DNA from: a virus
Taxonomy: Duplodnaviria > Caudoviricetes
Virus record (IMG/VR): IMGVR_UViG_3300036823_000091
Span: 489 to 64,488 of that record
Direction: 5' to 3' (one strand)
Length of the DNA stretch: 64,000 bases
Each line of letters begins with the position of its first letter. Position 1 is the first letter of the stretch. The notes under the pieces were generated by a model that had not been told where the DNA came from, ran no database searches, and saw nothing but the letters and a program-made list of their open reading frames with translations. Shown one piece after another: positions 10,857-20,933 of the stretch. The position numbers and the translations under genes were made by a program.

Positions 10857-11498
10857 CTATGAAGCAATAAAGTAGATTGCTCCATCGCTTGTAAAACTTA
10901 GATCCTCACTAGTAAGATCTTTTTCTGATATCTTGATGCTATCATCCTTCATGAGTGCAAAGCATTCATATCTTTGTTGTGCATTCCTCCCATTATAGAG
11001 GGATAGAAGCAGTCTTTGACTAAGATAGCCGAGATATGATGTATCAATCCACCATTTACCTAAACTGACATCACTATCACCTAATGTGGCTATTTTCGTT
11101 TTCCAAGGCACAGGTGGATTTGTGAATACTGTTGAGTCCATTACATCTAATTGTGTTTTGATGTCTACGCTCTTAGCATCGCCTATGAATGCGAGTGCCA
11201 TGTATTTTCCGCTTACACGGGCTGACGGTGTGCCACCTGTAACAGCACTGGCAAATGTGATCATGCCTCCAACGTACTGCACCGTATAGGTAGAGGGATT
11301 GGCAGTAGTCCAGGTGCTACCATCAGGAGCAGTTTGAACCGTCAAGGCTACATCAGGGTCCCAATAGCGATGGATGTCCGTTTCTGATAATGAGAAATGG
11401 ATATGATCTCCACTATCTGTTAAGACAAGATTGGTAAAGGTGATACTTGGTTGTACAGCAAGCCAAATGCCTGCTAAGTATCCTGGTATTGCTGTCAT
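10857..11498 (-). CDS. Second tail-tube-like protein with N-terminal insertion
   Basis: C-terminal half aligns by eye with 11514-11927 (KSV.IK..D..D.T...WK.KI..L.D). Confidence 0.6.
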   Translation of the reverse strand: MTAIPGYLAGIWLAVQPSITFTNLVLTDSGDHIHFSLSETDIHRYWDPDVALTVQTAPDGSTWTTANPSTYTVQYVGGMITFASAVTGGTPSARVSGKYMALAFIGDAKSVDIKTQLDVMDSTVFTNPPVPWKTKIATLGDSDVSLGKWWIDTSYLGYLSQRLLLSLYNGRNAQQRYECFALMKDDSIKISEKDLTSEDLSFTSDGAIYFIAS

Positions 11499-11513
11499 AT
11501 CTCTTTACCTCTC

Positions 11514-11927
11514 TTACAGCGTTCCAGACACAATTGCTCCGGTTCCCTCAAGATCGAATGACACGTTTTGTTCACTTTTCACGTCAATCTTGATACCTTC
11601 ACTTTTTACCAGTACTGTACCTGAGTACTTGGGTTTGCCAGTTCCTAGTCCAAGTGGAGCAACAAGCCAAGCTGCACTCGTTCCAGGATTAGTGATGATA
11701 TTGGCTTGTAGAGCCGCTTGTTCTGCATCAGTCATATCTAGATTGCCATCAAATGACATTGTGTAGTCAGCTAGACCGCCTATCTTCTTTTTCCATTGAC
11801 CGTCTGCAAGAGCTGTAATATCAAGAATGTCATTGCCTATCTTGATATTGACACTCTTAATACCTGTTATAGTTGTAGGTGTTGGTCCTATTTGGATAAT
11901 TGCTATATATCCAGGCTGTGCTGTCAT
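11514..11927 (-). CDS. Major tail tube protein
   Basis: 137 aa after the tail terminator. Motifs WKKKIGGLADYTMSFDG and SFDLEGTG. Confidence 0.8.
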   Translation of the reverse strand: MTAQPGYIAIIQIGPTPTTITGIKSVNIKIGNDILDITALADGQWKKKIGGLADYTMSFDGNLDMTDAEQAALQANIITNPGTSAAWLVAPLGLGTGKPKYSGTVLVKSEGIKIDVKSEQNVSFDLEGTGAIVSGTL

Positions 11928-11932
11928 GTGCC

Positions 11933-12355
11933 TTACTCCTCACTATAGAGCATATATTGAACGAGTCCATGTAACGTCAACCCGTCCGGGTCCGGTAAAA
12001 ATTTGCTTGAATCATACATAGTTGATACATGATCTTGTGTTGTTAGATTTAGATGTACTTGATCTAACAGTTGATTTAATCTAGCTAAAATCATTTGTGC
12101 ATTTTTGTTTCCTTTTGCTCTACTCCATATATGAATAGTGAACGTTACATCATATCCTCTTCTACCTAGTGTATTGTTCGGTTTTTCTACAATGTCACCT
12201 ATGGTTAGATAATCGAATGGCTGATTTTCTGGTACAGCCATATCGTCAAACACACCAGTTATGCCTAAACTAGTAAGAGTAGCATCAAGCACATCTCCAG
12301 GTACAAGAAGTGCTGATACTGCTGTTTGTATCTCACTTGACGCTGTTTGTACCAT
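11933..12355 (-). CDS. Tail terminator (DUF3168-like)
   Basis: VFDD..PE..PFDYLTIG..TIHIWS..DPDG.T.HG pattern and gene position. Confidence 0.8.
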   Translation of the reverse strand: MVQTASSEIQTAVSALLVPGDVLDATLTSLGITGVFDDMAVPENQPFDYLTIGDIVEKPNNTLGRRGYDVTFTIHIWSRAKGNKNAQMILARLNQLLDQVHLNLTTQDHVSTMYDSSKFLPDPDGLTLHGLVQYMLYSEE

Positions 12356-12572
12356 TTGGCACCTCTGAACACTGGCATTTTGCTAGCTGGTTAAGCTTTA
12401 CTGCTAGGAATTCCCAAGTTTCCCTCTTCAGGCTTGCATCGATAACAAATGATGATTTCCTATACCCGCAGCTTGCACAGAGAGTGAGAATGTATTCAGA
12501 TCTTGAGACAATGAGTAGTTTAGGAGTGAGAGTAAGAAAAGTCTCACCTACTTGGATGCTATTTCTTTTCAT
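12333..12572 (-). CDS. Small hypothetical protein with CxxC
   Basis: Overlapping start/stop coupling with both neighbours. Confidence 0.45.
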   Translation of the reverse strand: MKRNSIQVGETFLTLTPKLLIVSRSEYILTLCASCGYRKSSFVIDASLKRETWEFLAVKLNQLAKCQCSEVPNGTNSVK

Positions 12573-12922
12573 AGGTCATCTTCTCTTTTCTGCCTTACCC
12601 ATATGCAATTCCAGTTTTCCTCTTCATCCTCATCATCTTCTATTGTTCCATTGCCAGGAAATAAATATTTGCCATATTTTGTTGCTCCATCACTAAAAGT
12701 AAGCTTTACTCTTGTGTAAGGGCCTGCTACCATTTTTCTCCATTCGCTCTTTTTGCTAGAAACATCAATAATATCTGTCCCAATAGACCACGCTGTCACC
12801 GCGTCTGTCGATCTGTGAAGCTTATCTAGCCATTGCTTGATATTTGTGCTAAATGAACTTTCACCTAGTCTTCCCATCAATTGCGCAAAGTTTTCACCGT
12901 TTGCATTTACAGCATTAGTCAT
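12569..12922 (-). CDS. Hypothetical protein inserted in the neck module
   Basis: ATG at 12922 just after the HK97 gp10 stop, GAGGAG RBS. Confidence 0.55.
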   Translation of the reverse strand: MTNAVNANGENFAQLMGRLGESSFSTNIKQWLDKLHRSTDAVTAWSIGTDIIDVSSKKSEWRKMVAGPYTRVKLTFSDGATKYGKYLFPGNGTIEDDEDEEENWNCIWVRQKREDDL

Positions 12923-12924
12923 GT

Positions 12925-13293
12925 CTACAATATCTCCTCTAAGGCTGCTTGTAACTCCGTACAGCTTTCTTGAAATGCGGGTCCCAAAAATGCCTGAGAT
13001 GCCATTTTTACCGTTCCTAATTCCACGTACCATGCTCTATCACCGCCATCTAGCAATCCATTCCCAAATGATACTTCATACCCGTTTTCTATTTTCGCTG
13101 TCTGTCCTGAATCTCTTAGGTGAATATCATCATCTCTGTGATGTATCTCATCGTATGGGCAAAGATCCTGAGCTGCTACAAGTGTTCCATCTGCTGCAGA
13201 CTTGAATTCAGGCATGATCTTTGCTAAGACTTCAGCAGAGATTTGACTTAATGCTGCTTCAACTGACTCTGCACCTTCAATCGTTACTGACAT
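12925..13293 (-). CDS. HK97 gp10-like tail-completion protein
   Basis: YVELGTVKMASQAFLGPA motif. Confidence 0.85.
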   Translation of the reverse strand: MSVTIEGAESVEAALSQISAEVLAKIMPEFKSAADGTLVAAQDLCPYDEIHHRDDDIHLRDSGQTAKIENGYEVSFGNGLLDGGDRAWYVELGTVKMASQAFLGPAFQESCTELQAALEEIL

Positions 13294-13306
13294 AAATCAC
13301 GCCTTT

Positions 13307-13690
13307 CTAGTGTGTGCTACCTGCCGCTTGCGTTTCTTCACACTGCAATAATATTTTCGTTCTACGTTCATCAGGCACGCCAGTTGATCGAATGTTAAAT
13401 ATACGATCTCCATACACCACACGCTGAATATCATTTATGTTTAAATTAGGTCTATATCTAATTTCAAATACGACAAATGCACTAGGATATACCTGTTGAG
13501 CCACCCAAGACTCATCTCCTTTTCGTGGAGCAGGACTATACATCATTTTGGCTGGAACTCTAGAGCAACCTGGAAGTGTAGCCCACGTTTGTGTTACGCC
13601 TCTCTGTCCGTCAGGAGTATCTATAGGCGTCTGCAATGCAATGCGCCTATTCATTTTCCCTGATTGAACAATTGCTGGATTTGTTGGCAT
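13307..13690 (-). CDS. Head closure (SPP1 gp16-like) protein
   Basis: GKMNRRIALQ..DGQ.G...W..IRYRP..RVVYG.RIFNI. Confidence 0.85.
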   Translation of the reverse strand: MPTNPAIVQSGKMNRRIALQTPIDTPDGQRGVTQTWATLPGCSRVPAKMMYSPAPRKGDESWVAQQVYPSAFVVFEIRYRPNLNINDIQRVVYGDRIFNIRSTGVPDERRTKILLQCEETQAAGSTH

Positions 13691-13693
13691 ATC

Positions 13694-14350
13694 CTACAAC
13701 TCCCACACTCTATATCTAGCAAATGCGTCAATAATATTTTGTGGTACTTCTGCGTCTTCCCTGTTGTTGTACCAATGTGAAACAAGACGCTTTAGAAGTG
13801 TCAAGGTATTTCCAGGCAAGAACTGTGAGGCTGTGTATCCGGCAACATAAGTGAGTCTATAGCGTGTTGCAGCTAATATGGTAAAAATGTTCAGCTTATT
13901 TGGATCAACATTCTGATCTAGACGATAATTGGCATTGCCTTCGTCATCCAATGCTGTAAGCTCAGTCCACTCAGGTACATCCATCTTTGTGAGCTGATAC
14001 TCAACTGTTGTGAGTGTCTGCACTGGAGTCATTGGCATTTTTAAGCCGACTAGTGCATTCCCAAAGAGTGGAACATCAGGACGTTCAGCTAGTCTCCAGG
14101 AGTCGAACGGTACGCCCACAGGACCGGACAGAGACCCTGTTGGCATTGGATCAGGCTCAATAGTAGCCTGGATAGTTTGAGTGCTCAGTGCTCGTTTCTG
14201 TATCTTCTCCGCCTCTCTCCTTGCATCTACAATGAGCTGAGCAATTAGCGTATCTTCATCATCGAAATCGACACGCATAAACGTTTTTGCATCAGCTAGT
14301 GAAAGAGGCTCGACACTTGGTTCATTGAGCACTAGATACGATACAGGCAT
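13694..14350 (-). CDS. Head-tail connector (gp6-like)
   Basis: EPLSLADAKTFMRVD..DEDTLI ... LVSHWYNNRE. Confidence 0.9.
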   Translation of the reverse strand: MPVSYLVLNEPSVEPLSLADAKTFMRVDFDDEDTLIAQLIVDARREAEKIQKRALSTQTIQATIEPDPMPTGSLSGPVGVPFDSWRLAERPDVPLFGNALVGLKMPMTPVQTLTTVEYQLTKMDVPEWTELTALDDEGNANYRLDQNVDPNKLNIFTILAATRYRLTYVAGYTASQFLPGNTLTLLKRLVSHWYNNREDAEVPQNIIDAFARYRVWEL

Positions 14351-14384
14351 TCAAACTATCCTTCTAATTTTTGATCATGACAAT

Positions 14385-14783
14385 TTATTCAGCAAAGCTC
14401 CATGTGCCTTGCTTCTCACCTGTTGGATCGCACTCAACAGAAGTAACCCAAAATTGACCACTACCACCCGGATGAGCAGTGATGAAATCGTTTACATTGT
14501 CAGTAATCACCTGACCATTAATGAGAGCATCCGGTGTATCTCCCCAGACCTTGACAATGATGAGAGGTCTTTTCTCTCCAGGGTGATAACCGTCTTTGAG
14601 CACATAATCAACAATGTTTCCACGCTTAGGCACACGCCCACTTGTAGCAACAGGAGCCCTCTTAGTAGGTGGTTGTTCTGGAGGTGTTGCACTCTTAGTT
14701 GTGGAAGTATCTCCAGTTACCACAGGTGTTTTACCTGTATCCTCTTCCACAGGAGGTGTAACCTTAGTAGGATCTACACTCAT
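14385..14783 (-). CDS. Hypothetical head-module protein
   Basis: GAGGT RBS, Pro/Thr-rich N terminus. Confidence 0.55.
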   Translation of the reverse strand: MSVDPTKVTPPVEEDTGKTPVVTGDTSTTKSATPPEQPPTKRAPVATSGRVPKRGNIVDYVLKDGYHPGEKRPLIIVKVWGDTPDALINGQVITDNVNDFITAHPGGSGQFWVTSVECDPTGEKQGTWSFAE

Positions 14784-14856
14784 ATTAACCTCAAAATCTA
14801 TCTGTGCTGGTGTCACCCATTAAGAATGACACCGCTACTATTCATGGCAGATCAGC

Positions 14857-15273
14857 TTAGTTTGGACTACCAACTGGCAGGTTATGAGCACCGCCTACAA
14901 TCCAAAGCAAGCCGTAGATTGCGCCTGATGTTGCGCCTGATACGGTATCTACAGCTTTTACATACCGTTGATTACCTAAGTATCCTACCTTTTGTACCGC
15001 ATTCTGCTGACCTGTACCTGCAATAGCTGTAAATGAGCCTTGCAAGTAGGTAGCAGCTACATCAGTCCAGTTTGTGTTGTCTGGAGAGTCTTGCAATTTG
15101 AACGTGTGCGTGCCATCAGTCCAAGCGCCAACCTCTAATACAGCTACAAGTGCATCTACACCGCTTTCATAAGCCGTCCGGTCAATGCCTGTTGAGCTCA
15201 CAGTTGCGGCATGTGCAGCAGGGTTAAGATCAGGCACTACACCAATTCTGTTATATAAGTCATAAATTGCCAT
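14857..15273 (-). CDS. Putative capsid decoration protein
   Basis: Directly after the capsid gene. KLQDS.D...WTDV and GY.G..RYV pattern. Confidence 0.6.
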   Translation of the reverse strand: MAIYDLYNRIGVVPDLNPAAHAATVSSTGIDRTAYESGVDALVAVLEVGAWTDGTHTFKLQDSPDNTNWTDVAATYLQGSFTAIAGTGQQNAVQKVGYLGNQRYVKAVDTVSGATSGAIYGLLWIVGGAHNLPVGSPN

Positions 15274-15354
15274 TTATTTATCTATCCTCTGAATGCTCCC
15301 AATTTTCAATCATGATCAATAAATCAGGAGCACTAGTTTATCTACTCCTAAAGA

Positions 15355-16668
15355 TTAGCTATGAAGCTTCATCACTTTTATTGCTTCTGCAAGCTTCACA
15401 CCACCGCCAAACCTGTAATAACCCATATAACCGACCGCATTCTGATCGGCGTATCTCTCCATTAATACCTGAATACTAACTTGCTTACGAATAACAAGCT
15501 GATAGCCAGTTTTGAAGTTACCAAATGCAACCGCAAACGCACTAGCAGCCATCTGCGGCATGTCAGGCATTTCATAGTATGGATATCCCCAGAGTTGTCC
15601 AGGAAGGTCATTCGTACCAAATGGAGTCCACAATGGTCTACCCTGAGAGTCAGTCAACCCGCGAATAGCGCCTAGGGTCTCGGTTGTGAATGCCCAAGAC
15701 GCGCCTTTACGGTATCCGGTTTTCAGGCTGTGCATGAGCTTGGTGAAGTCACCCACTGCAAAGGTAGCTGCAGTAGAACTGAGAGTGAAATTGCCATTCC
15801 CAATAATGCCAGTATCAGTCAAGAAACCTTGGCATTGCCCTACTCCAGAGCCAAGACCGTTAATGACTTCATTACCTTCAAGTTTTGCAAACTGCACACC
15901 AAAGTCCTGCATGATGAATGAGCCTAGATCAAGTTCACTATCATCAAGATCAGTTCTGGAGATTAAACAGAGTGCATAAGACTCGTAAGGAAACACCTGT
16001 ACCATACCGAACTTTGGATTTTGTGTCTCAGTACGGGTTGCTTGCTCCGTTACTCTCACAGCAGATGAGGTTTGTGTCCTCTTTGGAGTCATGACGTAAG
16101 GCTTAGTCGTTGTGCGGATATCGACAAGGCTATGCATGTCAGACACAAGCACAATGGCTTCAATAAGCTCTTGGACGTATTCTGGAATAGTTAGAAAGCC
16201 ACCAGTTGTAGCATCAGCTTCAAAAAGCGTTTTGTACTCGTTGTCCTGCCCATGACCTACTGTCATACCAGTTTCGAGACCAGCTTCTTGATCATGCTTG
16301 ACGTATTTGCGCTCTTCAGAAGAGAGACGGCCCCATCCGGTCTTAAGAGCTTTCTGGAATGCGCTAACTCGAGATTTCTTCTCGGCTTCAGGATCGTTAC
16401 CAGCACCTTGTCCAGGACGATTAGCAGCAGCCTGCCATGCTTTGATGACTGCCTCTTGATCCTTATTTTTCTGCGCTAAATCCTTGATCTCACCTTCAAG
16501 CTTACGGTGCTGATTCTCAAGCCGCTCAATAAATTGTTTTGTTTCTCCTGAAAGTGCTTCCAGGGCATTTGTGCTTTCACGAATTGGCCCAACCTCTTCA
16601 TCTAAAGCTTGTTTAAAGAGATGTGCCACATTCGCATTCTTTTCCTTCAGTTCTGCTAATACAGTCAT
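15355..16668 (-). CDS. Major capsid protein, HK97 family
   Basis: Coiled-coil delta domain, GGFLTIPE, L.DSQGRPLW, FGNF, RFGG. Confidence 0.95.
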   Translation of the reverse strand: MTVLAELKEKNANVAHLFKQALDEEVGPIRESTNALEALSGETKQFIERLENQHRKLEGEIKDLAQKNKDQEAVIKAWQAAANRPGQGAGNDPEAEKKSRVSAFQKALKTGWGRLSSEERKYVKHDQEAGLETGMTVGHGQDNEYKTLFEADATTGGFLTIPEYVQELIEAIVLVSDMHSLVDIRTTTKPYVMTPKRTQTSSAVRVTEQATRTETQNPKFGMVQVFPYESYALCLISRTDLDDSELDLGSFIMQDFGVQFAKLEGNEVINGLGSGVGQCQGFLTDTGIIGNGNFTLSSTAATFAVGDFTKLMHSLKTGYRKGASWAFTTETLGAIRGLTDSQGRPLWTPFGTNDLPGQLWGYPYYEMPDMPQMAASAFAVAFGNFKTGYQLVIRKQVSIQVLMERYADQNAVGYMGYYRFGGGVKLAEAIKVMKLHS

Positions 16669-16707
16669 TGTATATATTTCCCTTATGTTCTGAAACTAAA
16701 TGTTGAT

Positions 16708-18369
16708 TTAAGCAAGCAATGCTTCAAGATCATCTATTGTGATTTCAGTGCTTTTGGGCGGCTGTTTTTCGCGTGTGAGTGTCTGTGGAGGCGGCTCACG
16801 GCGCTTCTCACTTTGAATGTTCTGTGAGTTGCTTTTTCCATTGTCGTTGTCTTCAGCGAAGGCCGGACCTTGGTCTTCAGATTGATAGAGGTTCGTAAGA
16901 TCGCTAGCTTTTTTCTGCAGGCTGCCAGCATTCTGCGCAAGTTCATCTGACATGTTTTGCATCTTTTTCGATACATCCATCACGCTCTTGACATGTTCAG
17001 AAAGTGCCGATTTTGTATCATCTGAGAAACGAGCACCTGACTTGATATCAGGCTTATCACCCCGTGACATTGCATCGTAGCCGCCTACGCGTAAGCTGTA
17101 AGGGACATAACAATTGCTTGAATAGCCATAGGTGTCACTGATGTAATTAGCAAGCCCACAACCCATTGCTTTTTCAGTCCATGGGCCAATAGCTTCTTCA
17201 AATTGCTGAAGGGCAGCACTCATATCAGCTTGGGGTTGATCTCCCATGCAAAACAGCTCCATCATGGCTTGGGTAAGAGTATTGACTAAATCCCCCCAAT
17301 CCTCTAGGCAATCAGCAGCTTGTGTTGCTTGGAAAAGAGTATTGAAGTCTTTTCTTTGTGGTTTGTTCTCATTCATTTTGTCTTTATCTTCCCATGGAGG
17401 TGTCATATCCATTTTAGAATAATATTTTGCGACTTTTGCCTTTACTCCTGCTACATCACCATCAGGTATGTTTACACCGCCCATAGAGCCTTGTAGCACA
17501 CCTGCAACGCTGATAATGCCTTGAGGAACAGCCATCATTTTGTCCCCAACCTTGGCAACAAAAGGAAGTTTACAATCCCCCAATTTGGTAGGCGGATTCT
17601 CTGCTACCCAAAAGAAGCACTGCGCAACTTTTTTCCAGTCGAGATCATCACCGTCAGCAGCATATTCTTGGATATCCTTACTGGCTTGTCCTGAGTCCCA
17701 TTTGGTATCTCTGTCCGCAAGAGCCCAGGTCGTTTTGCCTGAAGCCGATTTCTCTAGCACAGCATTATCTCCTTGTATAGATAATTCAGGAACAGTAAAT
17801 ATCTTTGAAGCATCTTTGGACTTTACTGATGTAACCACAGCAAGGTCATTCATTGGAAACACTACTGCACTTCCTTCCCAAATTGCTACTTCTAATAGAT
17901 TTCTAATCATTTTGCCTTTTTCATTTACATATTCATAGCGTATAGTTTTATATCCCATAGATTGTTTTAACAGACCAGTATTATAAGTATCACCCTTAAA
18001 ACATGAATATACATTTCTTGCTCTCTCTATATCCAAAATAAGCTGCGTTTTGATGAAGAGACCTGCAGGATCATCACCTTTTGCCTTTACCTCATCAGCA
18101 TCAAAAATACCGCCTATTGGTGGTTCACTTGGGTCATGGTTCCACAGATAAGGCCATAGATATTCAAGACTATGAGCAGATTTATGAGCATAAGAATCAT
18201 TCAAAGTCTTTTTAAAGGCATTTGCCATTGATCGATCATCGCCTTCATCGATATTGCCAATGACATTTAGAAATCCTTCAATAATACCTCGTTTATCATC
18301 AGTTGCTTTAACCTGATAAGAAATTGCTTTGAATTCAGGAGGTCTTGGAATAAGTACATTGACCGTCAT
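16708..18369 (-). CDS. HK97 prohead protease with long C-terminal extension
   Basis: LWNHD..PIG, SMGY and EGSAVVFPMN in aa 1-185, followed by about 370 extra residues. Confidence 0.85.
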   Translation of the reverse strand: MTVNVLIPRPPEFKAISYQVKATDDKRGIIEGFLNVIGNIDEGDDRSMANAFKKTLNDSYAHKSAHSLEYLWPYLWNHDPSEPPIGGIFDADEVKAKGDDPAGLFIKTQLILDIERARNVYSCFKGDTYNTGLLKQSMGYKTIRYEYVNEKGKMIRNLLEVAIWEGSAVVFPMNDLAVVTSVKSKDASKIFTVPELSIQGDNAVLEKSASGKTTWALADRDTKWDSGQASKDIQEYAADGDDLDWKKVAQCFFWVAENPPTKLGDCKLPFVAKVGDKMMAVPQGIISVAGVLQGSMGGVNIPDGDVAGVKAKVAKYYSKMDMTPPWEDKDKMNENKPQRKDFNTLFQATQAADCLEDWGDLVNTLTQAMMELFCMGDQPQADMSAALQQFEEAIGPWTEKAMGCGLANYISDTYGYSSNCYVPYSLRVGGYDAMSRGDKPDIKSGARFSDDTKSALSEHVKSVMDVSKKMQNMSDELAQNAGSLQKKASDLTNLYQSEDQGPAFAEDNDNGKSNSQNIQSEKRREPPPQTLTREKQPPKSTEITIDDLEALLA

Positions 18370-20933
18370 GATAATTTTGCCTCCATTAAACGTCTATATT
18401 CTTGTAACGACGATAACGCGGGTCGATTTTCCTTAGCTGATTTGGTGCTCTCTTCTTTTTGTCGAGTGTAATCACCCTCATCCCTTTGCGGAATTCGTGT
18501 TTGGGTTGCAGTGTCTTGATATAGTTCTCTTTTTGCCTTTTCACTCTTTGCCTCATAAAGTGCTTCAATCTCCTTATCTGGCATAGTTGAGAGATAACTT
18601 TGAATATCGTTGAGGATTGCATCAATGTTCGATTTTTCTGAAGCATATTGCTCATCTCCAATAGAGAATGAATATCGGTCATCACCAACACAAAGCCATA
18701 ATTCATTGAAAGAGAGATCAAGAGCAGGAATATCATTTATTGGCATAGGATCATCAGGATCAATGTAAGCTAGAGTGATATGGGGTTGGTAGTCAAAATT
18801 GCTAGCAATAGTGATATTTGATGCTTCAAGCTGTTTTACTAAATTTGCTCTCCAATCTTGCAAGCCACTGATATTGACGGCAGCCCACACTGGAGAGAGT
18901 CCATCACTTTGATCAGAAGGACTGAAGCGACCGACTCCACTTGTTGTGCCTTCTAATGGAGCTGCTTCAGAGGCATAACCAGCTAGCAGTTTCTTGAGAG
19001 TGGGAATATTGAGATCAATCTCGTTTTTATCCCCAAGGAAAGCTAGAGTAATGTGAAGGTCTTCAGCGGGCTCTCCATCAGGGATAGCAAGCTGCTTAGA
19101 TACCTTTGGATCAATGAAGAGTGCAATCATCACTCCAGTATGCTCATTGTCCTTTACGGCTCTCTGAATGCCATTGTGAGACTTACCACTATCACCATTA
19201 GAAGTATTGTCATCTCTATTGTCTGAAGAATGAGCATCTTTTTCACGTTGTGCTGCTACGTCTCTAGCATGCCTACTTGCAAGCAAAGCTACACCGAACG
19301 CTGCAGCAAGAGTTGCAAATCCCCATCCTGAAACATGAGATGCATCAACCTCATCAGGGATGTACAAAGTGTGAGCTTGGCAACAGCAGTATTTATGGCA
19401 ATCATCTGGAGTACTACAGCCATTAGGGAATGTGTCATCAATCCCAACCATCACGCCATCATTCTCCATGCAGAAGTCGCATGCATCAGGAGCACACTTC
19501 CAAGTCTTGTAGTTTGCATCTTGACTTGATTTTCGATAGCGGCTCTTTCCTGCCTGATCCTCCTGTTGTTGTGGTTTTCCTGGAGTCGGTTTCTTTGGAG
19601 GTACGGAGTCAACGATTTGAGCAGGCGGCAAGTTGAGAGGCTCAGGAACCGCAGGAGGTGGAGCTGCAGGCATGGTCAAGCTCTGCTCAGCATACTTATC
19701 AAAGTCTTCCTGTCTTACCAAGATCCCACCCAAGCGATAGACTTTACCATTCTTGTTGACAGGTAAAGCAAGTTGCTTTTGTGCATCGCTTTGCATCAAA
19801 AGTCCACTTTCCCACAATATGTTGATTTGATCTATTTGCGCCTGTCTTTTTGCTTGATACAATTCTTGTAGTACTTCAATATCTGCTGTGTCATATGTGT
19901 AATATGCACCCATTTGCTTGAGATCTTTGTACATCGGCACAAGCCACATATTTATGTGATCTCTAAATCTGTCCATCTTGGGTAGAACATTATCGGTATA
20001 GAGAGATAATTTAGCTTCTTTCGCATTAGCAAAAGTCTTACCAGCACTGTCCCCAACCAACTCAGGAGCAATGTCAAAGATGCTTGCAATATCACGCGTG
20101 TTGAGCTCACGTGACTCTAGCCAATCAAGCTCATATGGGCTCATAGACATCTGTTGCCACGTCATATCACCCTCTAGAAGAAGTGGCATACCTGAATTGC
20201 GCTTACCTGAATACCTACGTCGTAATTCTTCCTTCATCTGACTTCTCTGCTCTGTTGTCAAGTATCCTTTAGCAAAGAAAACAGAGGCAGGTTTGCCAGC
20301 ATTTTGCATGAGAGCGGTATTCCAAGCATTTCCCTCATTTTGCTGATCAATGAGGTTAGAGGCAACTTCAATAGGGGAAAGACCATAAAAATCATTATCG
20401 TAAGCAGGAAACTTCAAGTGTAAAACTTCATTTACATCAAAGTCTTGAGCAACAGAAGTACCATATCCATAAATATATCCATCAATATCTTTTTCACCTA
20501 TAACGATTTTTGTTCGATCAGGTCGCAATGTCCATAATTCTACAGGTGGTTCATTGGGATTAATACAATTTGCATAGATATAGGAATTGCCTGCTATATG
20601 CCAAAAACCAAAGATTTGCTCAATAAATGCACCTGATGCATGCTTGGGATTAGGTTTCTTCCAAAGGTCTAATAGCGCATGAGTCTTGATTTCTCTCGAC
20701 ATTGTTTCATCAGTATAGAGCTTCCACTTAATACCAGAGGCTACACCTGAGATCTTGTTGATGCAGTTGTAGACCGTGCCATTGCGCCTATAGCCCTCTC
20801 TTGTAAAAGCTTGATAGGATTTATCACTCCAGACAGGTTGTCCAGGTGAAAAGAATTGTGTTGCTACAGCATAGGAAGGATCATTCTTTGTCTGTCTGTT
20901 GAAGATGTTTTTTGTCCAGCTCACTATTCCCAT
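18366..20933 (-). CDS. Portal protein (HK97 family) fused to a MuF-like Cys motif and a 2H phosphoesterase domain
   Basis: Portal motifs (LWTLRPDR, YGLSPI, IASIFDIAPELVG), KTW..D.C..C..DG..F..G..HKYCCC, and two HITL motifs. Confidence 0.88.
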   Translation of the reverse strand: MGIVSWTKNIFNRQTKNDPSYAVATQFFSPGQPVWSDKSYQAFTREGYRRNGTVYNCINKISGVASGIKWKLYTDETMSREIKTHALLDLWKKPNPKHASGAFIEQIFGFWHIAGNSYIYANCINPNEPPVELWTLRPDRTKIVIGEKDIDGYIYGYGTSVAQDFDVNEVLHLKFPAYDNDFYGLSPIEVASNLIDQQNEGNAWNTALMQNAGKPASVFFAKGYLTTEQRSQMKEELRRRYSGKRNSGMPLLLEGDMTWQQMSMSPYELDWLESRELNTRDIASIFDIAPELVGDSAGKTFANAKEAKLSLYTDNVLPKMDRFRDHINMWLVPMYKDLKQMGAYYTYDTADIEVLQELYQAKRQAQIDQINILWESGLLMQSDAQKQLALPVNKNGKVYRLGGILVRQEDFDKYAEQSLTMPAAPPPAVPEPLNLPPAQIVDSVPPKKPTPGKPQQQEDQAGKSRYRKSSQDANYKTWKCAPDACDFCMENDGVMVGIDDTFPNGCSTPDDCHKYCCCQAHTLYIPDEVDASHVSGWGFATLAAAFGVALLASRHARDVAAQREKDAHSSDNRDDNTSNGDSGKSHNGIQRAVKDNEHTGVMIALFIDPKVSKQLAIPDGEPAEDLHITLAFLGDKNEIDLNIPTLKKLLAGYASEAAPLEGTTSGVGRFSPSDQSDGLSPVWAAVNISGLQDWRANLVKQLEASNITIASNFDYQPHITLAYIDPDDPMPINDIPALDLSFNELWLCVGDDRYSFSIGDEQYASEKSNIDAILNDIQSYLSTMPDKEIEALYEAKSEKAKRELYQDTATQTRIPQRDEGDYTRQKEESTKSAKENRPALSSLQEYRRLMEAKLS

